A stretch of DNA of 62,838 bases, the filler included, from Nemertoderma westbladi (lineage: Eukaryota > Animalia > Xenacoelomorpha), in the NCBI GenBank assembly GCA_032718475.1. It is 4 parts of 4 records of this genome, joined end to end, with 100 filler letters (N's around TTAATTAATTAA, not from the genome) between each part and the next. Parts side by side here need not be neighbours in the genome. Positions count along the whole stretch, not along the records: positions 33,970 to 56,192 come from JAUCBJ010002967.1; positions 56,293 to 62,838 come from JAUCBJ010003015.1; 2 more parts are not named here. One strand, given 5' to 3'. The notes under the pieces are model-generated. The model searched no databases. It was not told the DNA's origin and saw only the letters and a list, made by a program, of their open reading frames with translations. Position numbers and translations under genes: made by a program. Of this stretch, positions 49,045 through 59,082 are shown in pieces; the stretch's first letter is position 1; each line of letters starts with the position of its first letter.

Positions 49045-49419
49045 TTTTTTGGTAATATTATACTATGAAATTCAGGACACTAGCGCTGGTTTTTCTTTTC
49101 ATTATAATTGGTAAAAAGCCACTTTCCCCATTTCCGCTGGGTAGTGCAGGGAATTGAATCCGCTTACAAATTTTAATTTAATTAAAATTGACACTTCCGA
49201 AAATAAAAAAAAACAATGTAGTAAAGTGTATAAAGTAAAATGTATACATGTAAAGTGGAAATATGGTGTATATAAAGTTTTTTTTTTACTCAAAAGCCTC
49301 TGTATATTATGATATAAACAAACAATAATTCAAATATAATAACGCACATAAACAAGTACAAATATAACCCACCACCAGCTAATTCAAACTGTTACCTAGC
49401 AACAATACAAATTGGTCCA

Positions 49420-49712
49420 GTACACAGTCCAGAGTCCGAGTCCGCTTTCCCCCTCTCAATGGACGCGTCCGCCACCGCTGCCCGCACCGGTCTTCTAGCG
49501 GCCGACCGGACCCCACGGAGGCACATCAGGGAAGACCAGACACCGGAGTAAGGCGAAGTTGATGCGTCGCCAAGGACTCCCCCGTCAGTGGCTGGAGCTT
49601 CGGCTCGACAGCCACGTTGTGGGCCACCTTGGTCAGGGAGTTGGCGACGAAATCGCGGATCTCGTTGTGTCTGATTGAGGGGAACCCCCCAGTGGGACAC
49701 GACAGAACGTGG
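49420..49712 (-). mobile_element. CRE-like non-LTR retrotransposon relic, internally deleted
   Basis: HVLSCPTGGFPSIRHNEIRDFVANSLTKVAHNVAVEPKLQPLTGE (zinc knuckle preceding the RLE domain) and the C-terminal LMCLRGVRS. Confidence 0.7.
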
Positions 49713-50074
49713 GAAGGAAATATATAGTGGTAGTGAAGTATATATAGTATATACTGTATATAAAGTGGGGTACAGTACATACAGTATGATAGGGTTCAAT
49801 CAAAACAAATGAAATATATTTGTAATCAATCGCAAGTAATAATTTCCGACCAACAAAAATAAATTCAGCAGTTAGTGTAGCTTTTAGGGATATCTAGAGG
49901 TCCCTAAGCAAATCGCACTAACGTGTTAGGGGCACTTACTGTTAGTGAGCTTGGTGGAACAGGCTAAGTCATAAGGGAGGCTCAGGTTAGTGGTACTAAG
50001 CAGTTAGCACTAACACTAAGCAGTTAGTGATAGTTGGTGGAACCGGCTGCAGACCTGTCGACGGATGAGGAAGA

Positions 50075-50240
50075 TTGAGGGCCGTACAGGAGATGGCGCC
50101 ATTGCTGGAAACAAGGTTGGCGCATCACATTCCACCATCCATATACAGCAGTGTGGACATGTTTGGTCCAATAAAGATAAAGGTGATGCGGCACACAGAG
50201 AAACACTACGGCATAATCTTTGTGTGTAACAGAGCCTGTT
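50075..50240 (+). mobile_element. BEL/Pao integrase relic
   Basis: QEMAPLLETRL...PPSIYSSVDMFGPIKIKVMRHTEKHYGIIFVC resembles BEL MADLP..R...PPF...GVDYFGP......KRYG.LFTC. Confidence 0.7.
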
Positions 50241-51046
50241 TCAAAAGTGGCCACCCTAAGCATTGAAATATAAATCTTTAATTATTGTATTTTTTTATGA
50301 TAGAATATTGTCGATAATAGATTAAAGTGTGGGAAACCATTAGTGAATGTTTATCTAAGCTGATAATTCGATTTTACTGAGCAGGTACTGTAGGGAAGAA
50401 ATTTATAGAATTTCAAGAATTACAAGCAGTATTGAATACAGTATTAACAGAAGTAGTCCTTGTATCTCATTTTGAAAAAATAAAGTAGGAAAGTATTATG
50501 GCATGATACCGAGTCCAAAACACAAATGTTCCAAACTCTGATGTAAATTGCAATAATACAATGGCTTGTGCAAATCTCAGTTCCGTACGTTACTTTCATA
50601 CGTTACTTTGACTTCGAATCTTTATCACAGAAGTGGTAAATGAAAAGAGAAGGCTTTGTAACCTTCAAAAGTTATAATTTATGTCATGGTCCACAACTCT
50701 ATAAAATATCAGTCCGTCATTTTGGATTCCAGCAGATTTATTGGAGGTCAAAGTTATTTTCCATACGTTATTGTACCTAACGTTTTTCCTTACGTTATTA
50801 AATTTATTAACAAATTAAAAACTTGTAACATTTTGTTACATCGAGATTCTACTACTTGTGGATAGATTTCTAAATTTTATAATTTTGAGAGGGTTGAAGC
50901 TACCTGTGCTATTCAATTATTGTGCAATTGAAAAAGTGCAATATGAAAATATAAAACCAATCGTAACAAAATGCAATAATTACTGTAATGTTCTAATTAC
51001 TTGTTGTGTACTGTACCGGACCGAGTTAGTACATGATGTTACTGTA

Positions 51047-51323
51047 GGACAATTGCGACCTAGACAATTGCGACCCGGACAATTGCGACCCGGTCAATTG
51101 CAACCCATGATTTTAGAAAAAATTGATGGGTCGCAATTGACCGGGTCGCAATTGTCCGGATCCAGATAGAAAGATGTAAGGCTATATCATTGATAAATAT
51201 CTTTGTATTATTATATATCATTGACAATTGCGACCCGGACAATTGCGACCCGGACAATTGCGACCAGGGCAATTGCGACCCACAATTTTTATTTAAAAAC
51301 ATGGGTCGCAATTGTCCAGGTCG
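51047..51323. repeat. Two fold-back clusters of 15-bp GGACAATTGCGACCC repeats (MITE-like)
   Basis: 4 direct plus 2 inverted units (51047-51159) and 4 direct plus ~1.5 inverted units (51223-51323), each around a ~19-bp AT spacer. Confidence 0.85.
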
Positions 51324-52067
51324 CCTGATTGGCCTACTTCTGTACTTCATACTTCCCATAGAGGTATATTACAGTACATACTGTGCATCATTGTGCTATA
51401 AATTATTTCATTATTGGTGCTAATAATTGTAGCTCCAATACTTTAATTATACAATATAACTCAAAATATAAAAGACGTCCTTTTGTCCACACGTTACTGT
51501 CCATACGTTACCAACGACTTCAGTCACTGCAATGGGTATTGAGATTTAAACCAATGCACACTATACAGTGTAACACCACAAAGACGGTATAATGACGGAA
51601 AAAGTATCAAAATGTCTTTTGAAGTCAACAGAAGTAACTTTTTTTCATTTATTTACTGCTTCCTAAAATACCTGTAAATGACATGGAGCCAGACTGTTTT
51701 ATTAAGGTGTAATTAATAACTGGCAGCATTTAATAATATTGTAGTGTGACTATGTGTCTCGGCTTTCTTGCAAAATGGCTCCAATACTGGATAGGCCTAC
51801 TAGACACTATTAAACGTACACTATAAAGGTAAACAAAATCCTTATCGCATTTTCAGCTACAGTGAGTGACAGTTCGCGGCAAACTACAGAGAGTTTCCAG
51901 ATTACTAAGCGTTTCAAAAGTATTCAATTGTATCCTTTGGCGAAAAAATTTTGGTTGTTGCCAATTCAATTATGTTCAATTGTCCCGTTCAACAACATTA
52001 CATTACACTGGTACACATTTGATAAAATGTGTTCACAATTGTACAAATCTGCGTTTTCTGGTGGCCT

Positions 52068-52353
52068 GTACTGTACATGTACTAATGCCGGGTTAATGGG
52101 ACCATACATAGGATTAGAAGAGTACATACTGTACGTACTAATGCCAGATCAATGGGACCATACATAGGTTTAGAAGAGTACATACTGTACGTACTAATGC
52201 CAGATCAATGGGACCATACATAGGATTAGAAGAGTACATACTGTACGTACTAATGCCAGATCAATGGGACCATACATAGGATTAGAAGAGTACATACTGT
52301 ACGTACTAATGCCAGATCAATGGGACCATACATAGGATTAGAAGAGTACATAC
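52068..52353. repeat. 56-bp tandem repeat, about 5 copies
   Basis: CATACTGTACGTACTAATGCCAGATCAATGGGACCATACATAGGATTAGAAGAGTA at 52125, 52181, 52237 and 52293. Confidence 0.95.
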
Positions 52354-52799
52354 ATACTACCCCATAGATAGAGTGTACTATGGGTGGCTGGATCAATAGG
52401 ATCAAAGTTTTCTAGATTATAAGATTACACTACGTACGTAGGGGGTGTACTTGATACCGTAGATTATAAAGTGTACTACGGGTTGGACCAACAGGTCACA
52501 TTAATAGATGAAGATTATGAATTAATAGATTAATTGAAGATTAATAGATTATTACATTATTTTATATTCCGTAGATAGTGTACTACGGAGGCTGGGTTAT
52601 AATAGAACCAAATTATTTACTGGTACATACGTACTAATGTGGATGATGTATTCCATACGGGGAGAGGTAGGAAGGTAGTTGATAAAGGAGCCTATTAAGG
52701 AGCCTATTAGTAGAAACATTATCAGTGGACAAGCTGCTTTCAAGGCATCGATAATTATTTTATTAAATAATATAGCGCAATGTAAACAGTTAAAGTGGA

Positions 52800-53911
52800 A
52801 TAAGCAACAACAAGTCCCAAGCTTAGGTTCGAATAAAATCAGATATAACTTATCCCAACTAGCTACAGTACTGGGAGGGGGGACTTTCTGACAAATGTAC
52901 CAGACAAACACAACTGGACAAGACCATAATGACTGCAGTCATCACATGTGTGGTCACACATGTGCGACTGGGGGACCCTTACAAGAGTGAGAGAATATGG
53001 GGGGTTGAGTGGTGAGGGGTGTAACGTCTGGGAAATGTGGTGAGCGAGTCGGGGGAAGAGGATGAGTCCTATGGGACTAATGAGACTAATGAAACGTGTG
53101 AGAAGTGAAGAAATTGGGGCCCGCGGATCCGATCCAACGGTACCCAATTTAAAATTGTAGATAAACGTTTATTTCATCATTTATCACATTATCTACTGTG
53201 GTATAACAGAGACACCGTATACCTTGGCGAAACATAACTCGCAGGAGTGCCAAGGATTGGTAGGGAGATCAGACCCAGTGGGGCCAGATTGGGGACTGGT
53301 CCAAGATAAGATAGTCCCACCCCACATCTAATGCTAGATTGGATTCCCCGGAATGGAGCGCAATTTACTGTGATGCAATCTTCTCACCGGGAAGATAGCA
53401 TGGGGGAATGTTAGCGGATCCATTCCGCTGTACATTTCCTCCATAAAATGGGGGGGGGGGGGGGGGGGGGGGGGTGCTATTTACCAAGTTGGCCATCAAG
53501 GTCTCCAATAGGGCATACGAGCAAAGGGATGATGCAATTAGATACTGTAGCACATGTCAATGAGTGTATCGACCGGAGGCCAACAACGTGTCAGCCTAAG
53601 GGCAGTATATTTCCCCTTAAACATATATACAGTATATTAACGGATGTGTATTAACTTAGTTGGCATTTATTCATGTGGGACAATGAACAGTTTTCACCGT
53701 CAGCCGTAACTACTGTAATACTGATTGTGCTATGATCATTTTACCGGTAACTATCCTGACCTATTATACATTAACGACAAACAAACTCAGAACTCTAATA
53801 GGTCTTATTTACCGAGCCTTCTGCCGTCAGTATTCCCTAACGCGGCGACGCAGAGTTAACATCATAAAGTCAACCCGGTCGGGATCCCTTGCCAACCAGT
53901 ATCCCGTCACA
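52800..53911 (+). mobile_element. LTR family copy C: 3' region, PPT and 3' LTR (53409-53911)
   Basis: ATCTTCTCACCGGGAAGATAGCATGGGGGAA|TGTTAGCGGAT matches the reverse complement of ~18811-18856; the LTR ends ATCCCGTCACA. Confidence 0.82.
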
Positions 53912-56192
53912 AATCTATTTTGAAATCAAATATAATGCGACGCACTTCCAGTGGCTGAAGTTGTAATACTTTAAGACGTTCCATGTACTTTATAATCCAA
54001 ATTACAACGTCTAAAAGGACGTGTAAAAAGTCGCTACACCCGTTCAATTACGTCTATACAGTACAACCTACATGATATGGCGACCATATGGGCTTACAGT
54101 ACTCGAGTAAAGGGCGCACATAGGATTTAGAGGCAGAAATTAAAGCTCTACAGTTGTTTGTATGAAATCACTTAAAAATCAAATACGCCATTTTGAAGGC
54201 GTTGGCAGCTTGATCCCTACAATAAATATTAAAATTTAGACTACTGCACCCAAGTCTTTACAGGAATCGTCAATAGTTAATATATTTTCTCCTAATGTAT
54301 AGGCCTACTGCAAATCATTGCGATACAACAAAATTTAAATTTACCCCCAAAATATAGGTGGCAAATTTGATCTGCCACCCAATTGCCTGTTGCCCATTCC
54401 AGTACAAATTTGTGTGTCTTTCAATCATTTGAATTTCTCATGCTATCTGCTATTCAGCTATTGCTGTATTGGTCTATGTACAGATGTAGCTAGGATTGCA
54501 CCTTTCAGCCTTTTACAGTTTTAGAGGCTTGACTCTGATTGACACTCTGCTGCTCTGACATAGTCTAACGCAAAGCTGCAAAGCAACTTGGGAATGTGTA
54601 ATGTCTCGTCTCAACCTCATGTCCAAAGTCTCATTGCACCAAGCTGCCACTGCAATATGCAATATTGCATTGCAATACTGCACTGCAATAGGCTGACAGG
54701 CTGATAGGCAGATAGCAGGATTCGCAGATAAGCCCACAGCAATACAGCAATACTGCAATAGGCCTAGCCTATCAGAATAGTCACAAACCACAAACTGTCA
54801 TCAGGTCGTAGGCCTAGTCAATAATCCATGTACAGATGTAGATCATACAGTCATATCCTTAATACAATACAGTCAGACAGAACTGCAGTAATACAGTAAT
54901 AGGCCTATCATAATAATTGTAACTTCTGAACTTGATAATCTCGCTGGCTGGCTGGTAAAACGAACTTAGAGTACCTAACAGAGTAAGGCCTGACTTTTTA
55001 AAGTAGGCCTACTGAAGTTGGATAAGAAGATTGACGATTGATGAAATGACTTCATAACATAACATCTGAACTGAACATACTGCTGTACTGCTGTACTCCG
55101 TACTGCAGTACTGACATAGTCAGATCTGCGCAGATCAGCAGATAGCTGGATAGGGCCTAGTGAATACAGGAATAGAATCTCCCGACCCGACTGAGTGAGA
55201 TTGGAGATGACCTGAGATCTGAGAAGATAAAGAAAAAAGTGAAGTTCTGCCTTCCTCAGTTCCTAAGCTTCTGAGCTTAGGCCTACCGTACCGCGCAGTT
55301 GTTGAGCATGAGATTCTGAGATTGGGGATGTGGATTGCTTTCGTCGCTGGATTGCAAAGTGGGGTATCTTCTGTTCTGTTCTTTAAAACTCAAAAACTCA
55401 AACAAGACCAGAAGACCCTAGACCAGACAACCAGCACTGCAGCATCCGGTACTAATATTTTATTTGACCATGTCTAGACCAGTGTCCGTGCCGGTAGCTT
55501 GTGGTGTTGTTTGTGGATTTAAGGAAAAGGTGTTAGGTTTATTTAATTCACTCAGCAGTTGTTTATCTACTGTGGTACAACTTCTGCGGAATAATATTAA
55601 CAATGTTCATTCTTGTGATGGAAGTAATGGACCATTAACTTCAGGTCCATGCAACTGTATATCCAGGTCGGTACCGTTATAGCAAACTATAGCATAGCAT
55701 ACACATTGCTGCATTGCATACTGTACTGACATACTGTACATCAAGGCATAAACTATTGTCTGATTATAAACGGTGTGTAACGGTGCCGTGGGTGCTGTCT
55801 GTAACTACTGCATACTGAACTAGGTTGTCAGTGCAGCAGTGTCACAGCTACAGAGCTACACACATTGTGCAATGATTAAAAATATGTAAAAAAATTGTGT
55901 TATCAAACGGTTTACGAGACCTCCAATCCGCACAATAACCTACATAGCCTCAATCTGTCAGTATACCGGTATAGGCCTACCTGCCTGCTGCCTACCTAAT
56001 TTTCGGGTAAAGGCAAACGGAAGGCGTATATTATATATATTACATTTTCTCTTCATATAGCTGTATGAATCACAGAGCAACAGGTGATAACAGTTACGAA
56101 TACACCAATTTAGAACATCTGGCTAACTGTTTTAGTCATGGGGTTAGTTTTTACAATTTAATAAAATAATACAGGTACCGATATTGTAAAGG

Positions 56193-56292
56193 NNNNNNNN
56201 NNNNNNNNNNNNNNNNNNNNNNNNNNNNNNNNNNNNTTAATTAATTAANNNNNNNNNNNNNNNNNNNNNNNNNNNNNNNNNNNNNNNNNNNN
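56193..56292. other. Artificial scaffold spacer
   Basis: N44-TTAATTAATTAA-N44. Confidence 0.98.
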
Positions 56293-56599
56293 CTTAAATC
56301 GACTTGTACTCCCATTTTAGAGTGCCTTACCTTTTTATATTTTTAAATCAACTGTACATAATGTCCTATCAAATATTTTTATTTATTTTGTAATTAACAA
56401 GCAACTAGTGTTTGAGACAAAAGCTGTAAATTTTAATTTAATTTTGAACTAATTTATCGGTGGTTGTCCCCGAACTAATAGTGAGAATTAATGGCACAAT
56501 TCTTATTTTAGGTTTGCTTTTATTTTTTTTAAATTAATAAATCTATAATAACTATTAACACTTGCCTAAATATTTTTTATAATACAGTAGTCAAAGCGA

Positions 56600-57170
56600 G
56601 GACCGTTTACAAATTCTAGAATGGACGTATCCCAGATTGGAAGATCTCAGAAGGTAAAACTACCCTAAGTTATTCCACAGTAAAAAAAGTTTGGGGAATT
56701 ATGTTTACTTGTCTAGTCAGCAGAGCGGTTCACATAGAACTTATTTGTGCTCTTGATACACCTACATTCAAAAACGCTTTTAGGATCTTTTTGGCAAGAA
56801 GAGGGTCATGCATAAAGGTAAAAAGTGATAGAAGCTCCAATTTTGTAGGAGCATATAATCAAGATAAGGAAGTGGTTGACATTAACTATAAAACCCTCAA
56901 ATTGGACCTTCACTGACAAGGAGTTGAGTGTGAGTTCAACCCCAGTCATTCAAGTCAAGTATGGAATATGGGATCGAAAAATTCGCGAAATATGGAAATA
57001 TATAGACGCTGCTATTATCCTTGCAGGACCTAAGCATCTGTCATGAGATGACCTAAATACGCTATTGGTAGAGTCGACAGCAATAATAAACTTAACACTG
57101 TTGTGGAAATATTCAGATCATATTAATGACCCTAACATCTCATTCTTTCCATGCGCTTGACACTGAAGGA
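56600..57170 (+). mobile_element. BEL/Pao integrase core relic
   Basis: VWGIMFTCLVSRAVHIELICALDTPTFKNAFRIFLARRGSCIKVKSDRSSNFVGA, followed by stops and frameshifts. Confidence 0.88.
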
Positions 57171-57184
57171 TCAACCCGAACAGA

Positions 57185-57612
57185 TATCATAGCTTTAATT
57201 TAAATTTGTCCCAAATAGGTTGTTTTTGTCCCATATAGGGTGTTTGTATGCCAAATAGCGTATGACTTTCTCAAAATGATTTTACATAGTTTATAAATAT
57301 AATAGAATACTCAAAATAAAATATAATTCACTATCATAGCTTTAATTTAAATTTGTCCCAAATAGGTGTTTGTGTCCCATATAGGGTGTTTCTGTCCTGA
57401 ATACGGTGTACATTTATTATAATGATTTTAAATAGTTTCTAAATGTAATGGAATACTCAAAAGAATATAGAATTCACTACCATAGCTTTAATTTCAATTT
57501 GTTCCAAATAGGTTGTTTATGTCCCATATAGGGTGTTTGTGTCCCATATAGGGTGTTTGTGTCCCAAATTGCGTGTGACTTTCTCAAAATTATTTTACAT
57601 AGTTTAAGTTTA
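57185..57612. repeat. ~147-bp tandem repeat x3 with internal ~21-bp subrepeats
   Basis: TA(T/C)CATAGCTTTAATTT at 57185, 57332 and 57478. Confidence 0.85.
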
Positions 57613-58254
57613 TAAATACATGAAAGACATCATTCCATTATATTAACTCCTGTGGTACCTTCCAGGTAGCACGCAGTGATATAATGACTGGTATGTGATA
57701 GAAATGTTCTCGAAAATGAATATTACTTTATTTTGTTCTGTTGTCCCGCTTAAATTGATATACAGTGTAGGCATGGGGCATGTGATGGTTGGGGGGATTT
57801 ATTTTTTAAGAAACGATACAGTGGATAAGCTTATTTGGATCAACGGATCGCGATGTTGAAAACAAAAAGCAATTAATCTGGAAATTTTTATTGTTTCAGT
57901 ATTCAAGAAAAGGTAACAGAGCTGTTAGGCAGCTATGTAAATTAAACAAGGGCGAAGTAGCTTAAATATCCTCATCTATTGACGCCTTGATTATATTCAC
58001 TTTAGTAAAGTTTAAACTAAACATGGATCTGTCTTCTCCTTAAATGGCTTACTACCAACCTGAATCATGCTTTCAAGTTTCAATTAAACCTATCTTACAA
58101 AACCATATTATTTTCTTCGAAAAAACAACATGAATGTGGTCTTGAATTCGGTAGCTCGAATTTCAAGTCTATCACTCTACAAATTGAGCAATAGCAAAGT
58201 GGAAATCAACAACAACAACAAATGGAGTGGTAGCCCAGTGGCATTGGATTCCAT

Positions 58255-58650
58255 TGTTGCGCCGGGTTCACTGTGTCAAATACAATGCAAACATCTCCAA
58301 CCAGACTCTATAGAACATTGGAGGTGTTCCATTAGTCTCCCCTAGCTTGACACTTGAACGGAACCACCTCTACTTTGCAGGACATTGCTTTCGCCATGAG
58401 GCCAGCCACCCAGCGCATAATCTTGTATTTATGTTGGCGGCCTCATGGAGTTAATACTCATGGTGGACAGCCCATGACTTTTTTGAGACGCATCTTAAAG
58501 GACACTGGCCTTGAAGATTAAGATGATCTAGCAAATGCCATGGGTGATAGTGAGTTGTGGTGGTGCATTTTTGTCGACAAGCCGGCGCAGCATTCTTAAT
58601 ATCTATGTAATATATATATAATGCAGCTGATGCAATGCAGCATACCGACA
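58255..58650 (+). mobile_element. Older, diverged RTE LINE 3' fragment
   Basis: Homologous to the reverse complement of 59120-59465 with many substitutions; tail-to-tail with the long copy. Confidence 0.85.
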
Positions 58651-59082
58651 GTTTTTAGTAGAAATGCCTTTGCGTTAACTAATGCGGCATAATGTCCACT
58701 TGGTTAAGCCCTGTAGGATTGGATCCCATTGCGTTAGCTTATCTCATACAACTGGTGTAAAATGATTTATATGGAGAGGGTGAGAAAGCAAGGGAACATA
58801 ATATTGCAATTCTACAATATCTTAGGATGAAGACAATGGAATCTTTTAGAAAATGTTTCCTTTATTTAAATCTTTTAATAGTTAAACGATTATGTGAATG
58901 AAGTATAGTTATCTAATTAGTATTCACTAAAAATATATTTGACAAAAGATGAGAATTCGATACAAACATGATATTTACACTTGTTATCAGTTCTTAGATT
59001 TGTGACAACAATAGAGTGGTTATTATTAATTAAAATAATTTGCAATACACTACCAGTGTCAGAAGAATTATATTTTAACAAA

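Larger units (their letters stand above)
47148..49102 (+). mobile_element. Penelope-like element, 5'-truncated, with inverted pseudo-LTRs
   Basis: 47183-47599 is the reverse complement of 48688-49105; TATAATTGGTAA is duplicated at 47136-47147 and 49103-49114. Confidence 0.92.
40690..49168 (-). mobile_element. LTR family copy B (5' half), interrupted by Gypsy and Penelope insertions
   Basis: LTR is 46590-47147 plus 49115-49168 (TGTAAGCGGAT...ATCCCATCACA). Peptides homologous to copy A: YIGPYLVDARGIKLVGWADPH (45611-45979) and RTDSEPSIVELE (~40755-40790). Confidence 0.82.

Noticed and set aside
49397-49430. PICIVAR|gtaac as the missing sulfatase CxPxR exon (phase would fit exon 18575)
   Set aside because: It lacks the Pro and the upstream DDLG/TPNID motifs, abuts a CRE relic, and is 31 kb and two gaps away.
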